In this document: in pieces, positions 18,701 to 26,799 of the stretch | Layout of the letters: each line of letters begins with the position of its first letter | How positions within the stretch are numbered: position 1 is the first letter of the stretch | IMG/VR virus record: IMGVR_UViG_3300031920_000309 | Direction: 5' to 3' (one strand) | Length of the DNA: 64,000 nucleotides | From: a virus | Notes under the pieces: generated by a model | Databases searched by the model: none | What the model was told of the DNA's origin: nothing | What the model saw: the letters and a program-made list of their open reading frames with translations, nothing else | Position numbers and translations under genes: made by a program

Positions 18701-21399
18701 TCGGCAAACATTTCTGGTCCGTACAATTTTCCAGTTTCGTGAAGATACGTCCGCTCGTCATAATATCCAGTCTCCTCCGGATACCATGGAACTTCTTCGC
18801 CTTTGGTCAGTGGTGTAATACGCAGCACGGGCTCATACGACACGGGGTTATCGGATTGTGGTTCGTATAACACGTACGCGGTATCTTTTATGAGTTTGGT
18901 TTGGTTTGCAGCCGCGGCAATATCAGTTAATGGAACCAATCGGTTGTCTGTAGAATACGCACCGTAAACACGCGCAGCTTCTTCTCCGCTGACAGACGTA
19001 CCATCGGGGTTGAAAAATTCAGGGGGTGGGTTTACAGCATAATACACATCACCAACTTTCAAAACCACAACAGCATGACCACCGCCCCCTGGGGCATCTA
19101 CTACAGCTGCATATACATCACCGAACCCATCTCGCGTGGCATTAGTAACAAGATCCGCAGCAAATTGCCGACATTCGTGCCTATCCTCGGGATATGTTAA
19201 ATGTGGGTCGTTCATGGCTGTATACGCACTAATATATGGACGTTTGTCGGTCGGATCTTGTGCCAACCACGATTCGAACTCAGTGATCTTTTCTTGTTGA
19301 GCAATGGTAGGAGTTTCCCATATCAACGACATACCTGGCTCAACAACAGAAACCCATCTACCACTACGCATATCATATACATGTCCTGGGCCGGTTGCTG
19401 CTGGATCATCGCTCACCCCTCGGATAACAACATGCGCGATTGGATCATATTCGTCACCAGTGACATTTTTGTATGCACCCGAAAATGCACCGTCGACATC
19501 TTGGGCGGAGAGAACATCGGCAGCTTCGCCGGATTTGAGCAATTCGCCAAAAGCATCGGCAGAATGTACCCGACCGGTTTTTTCGTTGTAGATGTTCCGG
19601 AGATTTTCAACGTTCTCTCGTTGTAATGTTTGGTATTCGGGATGCGATAATCCCATGTCGGTGGCGATTTGTTTGGCTTTCTCGGTGTCAGCTTCGTCTA
19701 GATCGGTTTGGATCGAAGTGACCACGCGTTCGCTGATGGGAACTAGTCTGGCACGTTTGTCTGCCGCGCTTTGGTGTTTTCTAAGATAGCTCACAGGTTC
19801 AGCCAACGTTGGATCAAGTTGTGCTATCTCGTTGTCTGTATAATACAACAAATTACCATCGTCGTCACGTGCCGTGTTACGGATCCTATCTGCATAATCA
19901 AGATCACCAGAATCTGGGTTTATAACGAACACATCACGACCAAGGTTGCGATCTTTGTTGTAATTGATTTTGTCATCGAATCCTGTCCACCCCGTCCCAT
20001 GATAACCATATGAACCAACACGACTCAAGTACTCTGCTTCACTGGCCGCAACCTCCGCAGACAGGTCTTCTTTGGTGCCCTCCGTTGCATATACATTGTG
20101 TCGGTGGCGAATGTCATCGTCTGGGCGATGTGCCAACCCCTTTACAATTACCCGGTCACCAGGATTTGCATCCGACTCGAATATGCCCAGCGCTCTGTCT
20201 GGATCATACCATTCGGATTTTTCTGACTCGGAAAGCAAGTTGTAGTCCCACTCTGGAATCAGCGCGCCTTCCTCGTTATGGTAATACGTAAACTCACGAA
20301 CACCAGGAGACGTCATGAATCGTTTTTCTGCTCGGGCGATCTGTGCGGCAGACACGCCAGCAGCTCGGAGTTGTTCAACTTCTATCATACTCGGTACGTA
20401 CGGCTCCGCTTCGACAGTAATATCTGCCAACCGAGCAGCCATCTCAATATCGTTTTCATCGAGGCTTTGTACGAAATCACCGACATGGTCTTGTATACCA
20501 CCAAATGCGGTTGATGTCCGAAGAACATACTCATCGCCTACCATGCGATCGTTTGCAAGATGGTCGGTGAGTGCCTTCTGGTTTTCTTGTGATACGACAT
20601 CAAAAAACCTATTCACATCAAACATAGTAGCATCAACAATGTCTTGTGAAGTGGCATGGGCACCGACTATCGCATCCATGAAATCGGACATCCGTGCGAT
20701 GTAACTGTCTGCATCAGCATGAGTTCCGAGATCATTGATGTATTGACTGGCAATCGTACCGAGATCTATAATGCCCGTGGTTGCGTTGCGTACAAGCTGA
20801 TCTTTTGTGGTAGTCGCATTCGTCTGAACCGCGTCTCGCAGAGAATCTGCGACCGTGTTTTTCTGGGCGAACAATGCTCCAAGTACCCCAGATCGTCGTT
20901 CGAGTTCTGTTTCTATCGACGATTTTGTGTCGTGTTCGATCTTGGCGAGATCTTCCAACTGCGAACGCATTCGTATACTACCATCTTCAACAACAAACGG
21001 AGCAAGCACATCGATCGCACCGAGCCGTCGATCGGACTCGGCCCTAATAAAGTCAGTGGCAACATCAGATCCCATCGTAACGCCATGTACGTATTCCATG
21101 TCGACGTTGTCGTATATCGGAGAAATGTCACGGGCGGGGGTTTGACCAACCGCTCGCATTGCAAGATCTTCGTTCACGCTGGTTACTCTATCAAGATCCC
21201 GTTGTCGCTGCTCGGCACCACCATAAAACAAAAGATTTTTCTCTGCTTGTGACATGCCAACGGACGGAACAACGGGGGCCGGTTCGTAATATGGTTCAGG
21301 TTCATAAACATCAATGGTCTCAGCTCGATGTTGGTCCAACCCGACTTCGTCTATTCGGTCTTGCCAATCACCCTCGAAGAAAGCATCGAGAAATCCCAT
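12754..21399 (-). CDS. Giant 2881-aa multidomain protein, probably virion-associated, with a papain/transglutaminase-like motif
   Basis: 8.6-kb uninterrupted ORF; HECRQFA...GHAVVV...YAVNP motif; hydrophobic segments; internal duplication. Confidence 0.85.
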   Translation of the reverse strand: MGFLDAFFEGDWQDRIDEVGLDQHRAETIDVYEPEPYYEPAPVVPSVGMSQAEKNLLFYGGAEQRQRDLDRVTSVNEDLAMRAVGQTPARDISPIYDNVDMEYVHGVTMGSDVATDFIRAESDRRLGAIDVLAPFVVEDGSIRMRSQLEDLAKIEHDTKSSIETELERRSGVLGALFAQKNTVADSLRDAVQTNATTTKDQLVRNATTGIIDLGTIASQYINDLGTHADADSYIARMSDFMDAIVGAHATSQDIVDATMFDVNRFFDVVSQENQKALTDHLANDRMVGDEYVLRTSTAFGGIQDHVGDFVQSLDENDIEMAARLADITVEAEPYVPSMIEVEQLRAAGVSAAQIARAEKRFMTSPGVREFTYYHNEEGALIPEWDYNLLSESEKSEWYDPDRALGIFESDANPGDRVIVKGLAHRPDDDIRHRHNVYATEGTKEDLSAEVAASEAEYLSRVGSYGYHGTGWTGFDDKINYNKDRNLGRDVFVINPDSGDLDYADRIRNTARDDDGNLLYYTDNEIAQLDPTLAEPVSYLRKHQSAADKRARLVPISERVVTSIQTDLDEADTEKAKQIATDMGLSHPEYQTLQRENVENLRNIYNEKTGRVHSADAFGELLKSGEAADVLSAQDVDGAFSGAYKNVTGDEYDPIAHVVIRGVSDDPAATGPGHVYDMRSGRWVSVVEPGMSLIWETPTIAQQEKITEFESWLAQDPTDKRPYISAYTAMNDPHLTYPEDRHECRQFAADLVTNATRDGFGDVYAAVVDAPGGGGHAVVVLKVGDVYYAVNPPPEFFNPDGTSVSGEEAARVYGAYSTDNRLVPLTDIAAAANQTKLIKDTAYVLYEPQSDNPVSYEPVLRITPLTKGEEVPWYPEETGYYDERTYLHETGKLYGPEMFAEIELPPHPTEEELFQMRGETPETVIRPEVEKLPEKSLLDRVRIGYSATLGFLGIGKDDRQAITNEIVTPDTLVITQSPGVADPPTFAERLVTSAERVPYVGETLGDVARFGAGLVIPAEESGTDAGILDKTVVQPTYAVSEGPSGFAERVLTETPILRTMFKYSSLGMAETDDEKAYINDVFQKPITVYTPTDSGSQQLSAWTKEASVPGATLDDLTRVGSLPSRDAFKVWAKYVPPEHVVQVLEENPDFFRGARIDPDTDDVANIALINAGIAKHGDNFGEQARSLSDRGIVSYDPNVATVELTADGGVWKNSELHKFADGDTIITDYNQAEQSLLFTDNTDEQLSLLTRVESGASYEQIPEQYQENIGPRMLTGDEHNKRTGDYLLHVADFLTAADGLTGNRVVDAGIVIAGVTPVGWIAKGGKVVMKTIQIGDDLVPVGKLGISLIDNLPTGKHGANAWAEELIKLPGDQQLAELRRAQIELGPDTVRYSVDMIDDSILKRTVSDVQDRSFTIGGKTGAELDTMTPALFDAHTTRYAAEIGDLPDGVVPKLGVDASRTQAIQDVRSGVFQKSFVDNIFPDLTTDQQTAFRKVFSGTPYTVEDGAMINAALYTELPSSARSGYRETIKATKIRENILSTGRVDVDIIVNKETVGAGKVSPKSMYNVLSDNKNGGRNFGSHFWHATGGDELKGTAEMRNLVGRMGDNAVGEVVGILPGVNAPHANEIWRAYERAFGLGGVSHGDMIKMSPTELGNTVKNNVFELTEMPPLMGVAWREGFDAHQLGTINAAVIERITELQGLEGIRAVPEPEFLVGDIIPELTLYPKYVDVKPIVAARTERLKELAADLGVGKVPERPIPDVAVAEGVVKVTIPEVFVPSKVIAEEVVPVSRIGVLVPFESRVVDMLEVDPAASSRKIFDLLQKEGYPGSYSTLAKFVRTRRVLPKTADDVIKGADDVEQAAILHAADDISTDALKAQFNYNAAKGKITGADAARASSIIDVQHATGDAVTITPGTAVGKPVAFMDESVECIVKGVPTETPPTSASLAYAEASERTAKNTLQKSYDEFAKSIETGDFDAIDIERKRMNTAIGNAVSASDRRITIASGLGQDVGNSRLAAIDDVFDTVLHNIDQPLPGTHSGTWDEVLVDLQRRTDFSARWEQRLYQPDTTAFFTRLHPTDASEYVRMTEQRYGTSTARKAEQAYVKASAEWLAGTREGKLWVSGLSSQDASTINRMVTNGEIPRKQSLVDGYANVWERADKPRDMFDEMIVVGKQHVDEIADDVGKHAEETRHAETGANKADADAAKKQYDETSNSKAEAKLDQQKAYEELDNSVRSRDPNLIKQADEAVKGADNKVRVTHAAEEAAEETFEATGGSAARGKSLLDEIDKPFEALEKLLADKTISVERRLFLEKQLIRMQTPSKTLRGGTRNVSAGDRWVSRLNDPDVRAYFRTLSPDDAFRYSEHVGRRYGVDPAVKFGKAYVRESTTFMIESPRGQSFWHRIDRHGKNVINRVITEGGFPRDPRFFDEYLKLWGRSDVVGQKLLAEIFINQLTGIRAWAGRHPVATTVSAWAGINGAVGFSAFGLEEGFQTLFQFVMFTLEEDPERAALHFAEHLPKWALALDSWNSTMGRIFDVPVIGDLAKTLVAPGYYFGLYLNESAAGYIDNKLDALESRGWWCSQSECPTEYGYGRVRTTEEIRNIWLASPSTLLKNPSNVVGEFLNIDGSKINIHRPETWADALINCPYGTGEEGIAVLYWMWSQTEHTAVMSQILGFESPIVAMLETIRDSPVLYNKYRIIIDDLDSRGELPGGPTVHVPTVGIGVVEPTSVTDMADVTPSMIADVAALFGMTLPEAEEYIKNTLRGGMWHLAEQPDGSYKLESMVTADIGWAVPTRITVPTRISTKDHVSAPSDSGGAGGGENTAVEESTYVMKTSDETGVSVGDAFGTMSRTEQQTYRAAYTNSDGSLDVDALVADSDGWC

Positions 21400-21400
21400 A

Positions 21401-21517
21401 TCACTGCCTCATGGCTTCTATCTTGCGAATAGCTTCTGCTTTCAGTCTGTCAATCTCCTTCTTCGCTTCCGACCTAACTTCTTCAATTGTATTTGTATTT
21501 TCGAACACCAAGATCAC
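21401..21517 (-). CDS. 38-aa coiled-coil peptide preceding the giant gene
   Basis: MILVFENTNTIEEVRSEAKKEIDRLKAEAIRKIEAMRQ; stop 2 nt before the giant ATG. Confidence 0.5.
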   Translation of the reverse strand: MILVFENTNTIEEVRSEAKKEIDRLKAEAIRKIEAMRQ

Positions 21518-21519
21518 CT

Positions 21520-21706
21520 GGGTAAGTATATAACGGAGAACCGATATAAAGTTATCTCATGGAGATCGAGATATTCGTTGGGTCGGTGGAGTCAGAAAGA
21601 TGTCCAACGTGTGCAATATTAACGGATATCATACACAAGGACCCACCGAATAATAATGACATGATCAAAGTCAACGTGTTTTCGCAATGCGAATTATGGG
21701 GGAATT
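21520..21706. promoter_or_regulatory. Divergent promoter region
   Basis: AT-rich gap with TATATAA and GATATAAAG TATA-like boxes between oppositely oriented operons. Confidence 0.55.
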
Positions 21707-22825
21707 GTGATGGTCGAGGATAAAGAGGCATACGCCAGAGTATTGGTTTTGAGAGTACTGGGTAACATATGGCAAGCCGGACTGATCAGTGACCGAGCCC
21801 GCGAAGCAATGAACTACAGACGAAACACCATTCCATGGTACAACGCCGCGCTGCTCAAGCTTGCGGCGACCCAGGCAGACCTGGCCGCACTCAAAGAATT
21901 CGTCGCGGCCAACGCGGGCGAACTACAGACCGACTACCACGGGAACGAGATCGCGTCGTTGGAACAACAGATGATAGCGCTGGAGAACAACTTACCCGTG
22001 CCACAGATGACACTCGAACAGTCTGCCAACGAGCAGCTGCGAGGTATAGTGACTGCCGTGGACGACGGTGATACCATCTTCATCGGGGAGATGGAGATCA
22101 GGCTGGCGTCGATCGATACGCCCGAGAAAGGGACGCCACGAGGCCAGGAAGCGAAGCGGTTCCTGGAGGGCATGGTGCTCAACAAAGAGGTCACGGTATA
22201 TTTCGACGAACACCAGCCGGTCGAGCTGTATGGCCGAGTGCTCGGGGTAGTGTACCTGGGGGACACGAACGTCAACCTTGAATTGGTCAAGAACTGTGTT
22301 GCGGTTGTCAACACGAAGTTTGGTCGACACAAGTATATCGATTCGGAAGAGTTCAAGAGAGAAGGAGAGAGATGTACAATTACCTGGCCAGGATATGGTG
22401 TTGTGAAGTTTTACAGTACCCCAACAAACGCTGCGGTATGGATTGATGGTATACCGTCCGACATAGTAACCCCCGGCGAGATCGATATGACGATCGGTAC
22501 CCATCGAATAACGATCATTGCACCAGACCATTCCCCGGTACACGAGACAATCGTCGTCGCCGCGGGAAAACAAGAACTGAAGTTCACGCTGTTTAAGATG
22601 CCGGTGGCGTCTGGTCTGGTTGTACTCGAATCGGACCCAGATGGGTGCGACTTCACCGTGAACGAGATTCCGTACGGGATCACCCCCACGATACTCGAAC
22701 TTGGGTCGGACGTGCCGCACGCAATAGTTTGTTACAAAGACGGATATGAACCAGCTGCAGGCAGTGTTGTCCCTGTCGCGGGAAGGAAAGTTAGAGTCAC
22801 GCTAACACTGGCCAAAGCAGATTGA
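21707..22825 (+). CDS. Coiled-coil + thermonuclease (SNase) + two PEGA domains
   Basis: VDDGDT, IRLASIDTPE, LYGRVLG catalytic motifs intact; STPTNAAVWIDG and SDPDGCDFTVNE PEGA starts. Confidence 0.9.
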   Translation: MMVEDKEAYARVLVLRVLGNIWQAGLISDRAREAMNYRRNTIPWYNAALLKLAATQADLAALKEFVAANAGELQTDYHGNEIASLEQQMIALENNLPVPQMTLEQSANEQLRGIVTAVDDGDTIFIGEMEIRLASIDTPEKGTPRGQEAKRFLEGMVLNKEVTVYFDEHQPVELYGRVLGVVYLGDTNVNLELVKNCVAVVNTKFGRHKYIDSEEFKREGERCTITWPGYGVVKFYSTPTNAAVWIDGIPSDIVTPGEIDMTIGTHRITIIAPDHSPVHETIVVAAGKQELKFTLFKMPVASGLVVLESDPDGCDFTVNEIPYGITPTILELGSDVPHAIVCYKDGYEPAAGSVVPVAGRKVRVTLTLAKAD

Positions 22826-22838
22826 GGAGTGATTCTGG

Positions 22839-23000
22839 ATGGCCATTTCGGAAGAAGTGGTGTTTGGTGGCCGGGTTCGTAAACGTGACCCCGGCCCGAT
22901 GCGCGATCGCGATGGTTCTTGTCCTTGGGACGTGGAACCTCGCCGCCGCGTGATGATAAATGGTAGATGGAGATGCCGATGGCACCGGACCGTGGATTAA
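22839..23000 (+). CDS. Small Arg-rich basic protein (53 aa)
   Basis: GGAGTGA RBS; MAISEEVVFGGRVRKRDPGPMRDRDGSCPWDVEPRRRVMINGRWRCRWHRTVD. Confidence 0.55.
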   Translation: MAISEEVVFGGRVRKRDPGPMRDRDGSCPWDVEPRRRVMINGRWRCRWHRTVD

Positions 23001-23126
23001 TCCATCGGTTATATATGCGACTGGAAGTGTGGGCGATAGGTCCAGAAGTTCCGTTACCAGGCACGCCGGGTGGTTCGCAGGATGTTCGGGATTGGGCCGA
23101 TCACCCGTGTATAGATTTTTCGGAAT

Positions 23127-23690
23127 TTACACCGCACGTTCAATCGTCAGACCAGCCTTTGTGAACTTGGCAGACAACTTCCGAACCACTTCATAACCAC
23201 ATGCTTTGTTTTCTGCATCGACCACAACGATTCCCAGTTCTTTAAGAACGCCAAGACAATCTTTTACTTTGCGTTCGTCGAGCCCTGTTTTATCTACGAT
23301 TTCTTTCAACGATTGACAGGTCGACAGCAAATGAAATATTCTGACCAGATCCGAAGCGGACGCCATGGCAGGCGGTACGGCAACCGGGACTTGGTGGGTT
23401 GGTATGGGTGGCGTGGGTGGTATGTACGCGGGTTTGGTTGGTTGTTTTTGTGTGGATACTGCCGCGAGCGGAATGTCCACTTGTTCGTATCCAGAAGGTG
23501 ATACGGTGGCTTTGATCTGTTCCCACTGTTCTTCCGGGGTGAACAGGGTGGCCCCAATCGCTCCCAAAAAAACACCTTCTTCACTTTCCATTACACCACC
23601 GACTGGTACTGTGATTACCTCGGCATCTCCAGACTCTTGGTCCACGACCACTGTACCAACCTCAATTTCAACAGGCATTGTACACATCAC
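23127..23690 (-). CDS. Pro-rich linker + wHTH protein; paralog of 9001-9306
   Basis: SLKEIVDKTGLDERKVKDCLGVLKELGIV. Confidence 0.7.
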   Translation of the reverse strand: MMCTMPVEIEVGTVVVDQESGDAEVITVPVGGVMESEEGVFLGAIGATLFTPEEQWEQIKATVSPSGYEQVDIPLAAVSTQKQPTKPAYIPPTPPIPTHQVPVAVPPAMASASDLVRIFHLLSTCQSLKEIVDKTGLDERKVKDCLGVLKELGIVVVDAENKACGYEVVRKLSAKFTKAGLTIERAV

Positions 23691-24557
23691 CTAGAACAAC
23701 GTATTAATTATCACATACAAAGACACATTATCACCAATGTCGTAGCCGTCTATTTGTGTGGGGACAGGCACATCGATTTCCACCATTGCTGATGTATGTG
23801 GGTGGATCGGGTTTATTATGTTCGGTCTGCCGTTATAAAAAAACTTTTTGTTATAATTGTCTACCATCCGCAACCCCAGCCACCCTCGCCATTTTGCCCC
23901 GCCTATGTTTTCGACCGCAACCGCGAACCGGTTGTTCTGTCCAAGCAGTATTGTCGCGGGAAGGTATACTTCCCCGGTCAATCGTATAATAGGACGGTTG
24001 GTAGCAAAATTGTCATACGCTTGGCGAGCATAACCCACGGCCGAGTTCTTCATTTCGGTCACATGTGTCACACTTTCTGTTATGTTTGCCGACACTTCTG
24101 CCGACACCTCGTCTACTTTTGTACTTATCGCGCCAAGCTCTGTTTCGAGCCTGGCGTTGAACCCGTCGGGATCTTCAAGCAGCACGCCACGCAGACTGTT
24201 GTCAATGTCATCATATAACTGGCGTATCCCCTCATTGAAATCCGTGCGGACATTCTCTATTTTGGTGTTAAACTCGAACGCTGATTCGGTTATCACGTCG
24301 TTGACAATCTCATTAACATCGTCTTGTGTGTGTTTCAACGCGTCCGAGAACTTGGGGCCGGGCAGGACTCGGTTAATCGTTCTCCCAGCCAACAACTTAT
24401 CTACACTGATATCAGATTCGTCAAGTTTGTCAATGTATGCGGTTGATGCCACATCGATGGCCTGAGCCACGCTGTCCTTCGTTTCGCCCAACGCCTCCAC
24501 GAACGCCTCCACGACGGCATCTATCAGCGAGTAGTCGTCTTTCTCTACGGTGACCAC
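23691..24557 (-). CDS. Helical (apolipoprotein-like) protein with C-terminal Ig-like domain
   Basis: GGAGG RBS before GTG 24557; long amphipathic helices; FAVAVENIG...IHPHTS domain. Confidence 0.7.
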   Translation of the reverse strand: MVTVEKDDYSLIDAVVEAFVEALGETKDSVAQAIDVASTAYIDKLDESDISVDKLLAGRTINRVLPGPKFSDALKHTQDDVNEIVNDVITESAFEFNTKIENVRTDFNEGIRQLYDDIDNSLRGVLLEDPDGFNARLETELGAISTKVDEVSAEVSANITESVTHVTEMKNSAVGYARQAYDNFATNRPIIRLTGEVYLPATILLGQNNRFAVAVENIGGAKWRGWLGLRMVDNYNKKFFYNGRPNIINPIHPHTSAMVEIDVPVPTQIDGYDIGDNVSLYVIINTLF

Positions 24558-24609
24558 GATGGATTTCCTCCAAACAACCAAACGCACTACAACCATAAAA
24601 ACGTTGCGT

Positions 24610-24876
24610 TCATATTGGAGTTTCGTGGCGAACACGCTGACGAAGATCTGCCTTGTATCGGAGCCGCCGTCTCTTGGACAACTTCCAATCACGGGCACAT
24701 TTCATTACCCATTGAGCATAAGGATGATAACAGGCATATTCCAATATCCTATAATGATGTGGCGAATCGTCGGCAGTAAGTCTTGTTATTTTGTTGCTAA
24801 CAACCCACCCACGATACCCAGGACCGCCGTCAAGCGGGGCTTTGTTGTACATTCGCCGAGTGTTCGACATGTTCAA
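24610..24876 (-). CDS. Hypothetical basic protein
   Basis: GGTGA RBS; fills the gap downstream of the tRNA. Confidence 0.5.
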   Translation of the reverse strand: MNMSNTRRMYNKAPLDGGPGYRGWVVSNKITRLTADDSPHHYRILEYACYHPYAQWVMKCARDWKLSKRRRLRYKADLRQRVRHETPI

Positions 24877-24885
24877 TCACCAAAA

Positions 24886-24959
24886 TTGCAGGGCACGGAT
24901 TTGAACCGTGGTTCGTGCGTTCCAGGCGCACAAGGATGACCAGACTACCCTACCCCGCA
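24886..24959 (-). tRNA. Atypical tRNA-Pro(UGG)-like gene
   Basis: Cloverleaf: acceptor TGCGGGG/CCCTGCA, D loop with GG, anticodon stem GTGCG/CGCAC with loop CCTGGAA, T arm CACGG-TTCAAAT-CCGTG. Confidence 0.8.
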
Positions 24960-25089
24960 TAGGAGAGAATTGGAGGAACGTGGCCGGACGTTCCCCCGTA
25001 CACACAGTGGCAGAGTATATGAGTACAGGCTCTTAAACAAGCCAATCGTATAAAAGCTTTTCTGTTAAGCGAACATAAAAAGAAAATGG

Positions 25090-25115
25090 TTTGGCACCCG
25101 TACGCGGTGGGTGCC
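25090..25115 (-). terminator. Hairpin followed by a U-rich tract
   Basis: GGCACCC/GGGTGCC stem then TTTTCTTTTT on the minus strand after 25132-25380. Confidence 0.45.
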
Positions 25116-25131
25116 TGATCAACGGATGAGT

Positions 25132-25380
25132 CTATCTCCTCATCGCGTTGCCGATACATCCCCTAAGTGCTTCTACCTTCTCTCTGCCTTTGGGCAGGCC
25201 AGAGATTGCGGCCTTGCAGGATCGTGCCGCGGCAGTGAACTTCTCAGTGTACGATACCAGGTGTGCGGGAGTGGCACCGGGGGGGAAGGATCTCCTTGCA
25301 AAGTAGAACGCGTTTCCGCCTCCCCAGGGATTCTTCTTGACGATGATTTTCCCGATCTCCGAAAGTGCTGGTGCAGCCAT
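25132..25380 (-). CDS. Small basic hypothetical protein
   Basis: GAGGTGA RBS; Lys/Arg-rich. Confidence 0.65.
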   Translation of the reverse strand: MAAPALSEIGKIIVKKNPWGGGNAFYFARRSFPPGATPAHLVSYTEKFTAAARSCKAAISGLPKGREKVEALRGCIGNAMRR

Positions 25381-25430
25381 TTTATATCACCTCGCACCTC
25401 ATATTATCGCACAGGTATTAATATACATGC

Positions 25431-25448
25431 CATAAAAAATTTTTTATG
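25431..25448. promoter_or_regulatory. Perfect 18-bp palindrome, candidate operator
   Basis: CATAAAAAATTTTTTATG between divergent genes and next to TATA-like boxes. Confidence 0.55.
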
Positions 25449-25484
25449 CAAAGGCTTAAGTACTATACCGTACGACACTGTACC

Positions 25485-25700
25485 ATGGCAGCGATACATT
25501 TCACGTTGTCTGAAAAACTAGCAGCCGAGTTTCAGGCAGCGATGGAAATGAGAAAGAGGCGCGAGACAGACGGTGTGCCAGAGTTGGAGAGAGGAGACAA
25601 GAGGCGATTCATGTGTGAAGCAATCAGGGAATGGATCGAAGAAGAGAAAATGACAAAGCGAACAATGGCAGACAAAGTATGGGGGGATGATGAAAGGTGA
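25485..25700 (+). CDS. RHH-type regulator
   Basis: AIHFTLSEKLAAEF...RFMCEAIREWIE. Confidence 0.65.
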   Translation: MAAIHFTLSEKLAAEFQAAMEMRKRRETDGVPELERGDKRRFMCEAIREWIEEEKMTKRTMADKVWGDDER

Positions 25701-25936
25701 CCGGAGAGTACATATACAAAGAAGCGTGGAAGAATTACGGGCCGTGCGAGGAAACGACGATGAATAAGATAGAATTGGAACGACTGAACGACTTCGTCAA
25801 AAAACACCGGACGGAACAAATCAGCAGATCAAATTTTCTGTTGGCCGTGGAAGGTACCGGGGTAGGGACAAACTATAGGATCACATGTTTGAATTGCGAC
25901 AAAGCACAGAACATCAGCGACTACGACCATTGGTGA
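25697..25936 (+). CDS. Hypothetical protein with CxxC
   Basis: YRITCLNCDKAQNISDYDHW. Confidence 0.65.
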   Translation: MTGEYIYKEAWKNYGPCEETTMNKIELERLNDFVKKHRTEQISRSNFLLAVEGTGVGTNYRITCLNCDKAQNISDYDHW

Positions 25937-25950
25937 AGAGGTGGGACAGA

Positions 25951-26298
25951 ATGTTAAACAGGATAACAAGATGGCTGGCAGACAGAAAGGAACGAGCAAC
26001 ACCCGGAGTCCTTAACTCTCAATCAATGAGCGAACACCGGAAGAGAATGGATCGTATTTACGCGTTGCTTATGAAATCGCGGACGCGTGACGAACTGGCC
26101 GAACTCATCGAATTAGACAAGGGAGAGGAAAAGTATTACGTAGCCCGATTCCAGTGCTTGCGAGACGCAGTTGGGGGTAACTACGAACACGCATCAAAAA
26201 AAGACATGCGGTGTTTGGACATACTCGACACCTTGATATGTGCAACACGGCGATGCATAATACTCAACGAGGACGATTTACACGAGTTAAAAGTGTAA
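25951..26298 (+). CDS. Hypothetical protein
   Basis: GAGGTG RBS; ORF in operon. Confidence 0.6.
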   Translation: MLNRITRWLADRKERATPGVLNSQSMSEHRKRMDRIYALLMKSRTRDELAELIELDKGEEKYYVARFQCLRDAVGGNYEHASKKDMRCLDILDTLICATRRCIILNEDDLHELKV

Positions 26299-26799
26299 TT
26301 CCCTAAGAACATACCCATCACGTGGCCAACGAAGAAGATGATGTTTGGCATCTTCGCCAACTCGCTGTGGTTCGGCCACAACTATTTTTAGTTCGTCGTC
26401 GTCCTTGACAATGGCGACGTTTATTGCGTGGGCACCTGTCAAATATGGCACTGCGTCCATCGTTGCATATGCGAATGCGCCAGTGGGATACTTTTTTCGT
26501 ACAGCGCAGAACAACCGCCTGGCAGCATCATCACAATCCTGTCGATTGGCTATCCAGTTCCTGGCTGGCAACGACTCGGCAACTTTGATGATCTGCAATT
26601 TTGTGAGCGGATCAAGGGTGACGTCAGGCCAAGACGCACGCATACACCATTTCGTATTTCGTTTGGACTTGATCTTAAACGCGTCAGAAACCAACTGCCA
26701 TGCAACACTTGCCGTGATGTCGCGGGCACGGACGACGTTCCGTTTCCGTTTAAGCAAAAGCATTTTAACGGAGGTGATGAGAAACTGTCTATTCCACAT
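26287..26799 (-). CDS. Papain/transglutaminase-fold cysteine peptidase-like protein
   Basis: DCDDAA...GAHAINV...AEPQ (Cys-His-Glu arrangement). Confidence 0.7.
   Translation of the reverse strand: MWNRQFLITSVKMLLLKRKRNVVRARDITASVAWQLVSDAFKIKSKRNTKWCMRASWPDVTLDPLTKLQIIKVAESLPARNWIANRQDCDDAARRLFCAVRKKYPTGAFAYATMDAVPYLTGAHAINVAIVKDDDELKIVVAEPQRVGEDAKHHLLRWPRDGYVLRELHF

Noticed and set aside
12754-21399. Giant ORF as a tape measure protein
   Set aside because: No tail genes nearby, and it contains Pro-rich, enzymatic-looking and globular segments rather than continuous helical repeats
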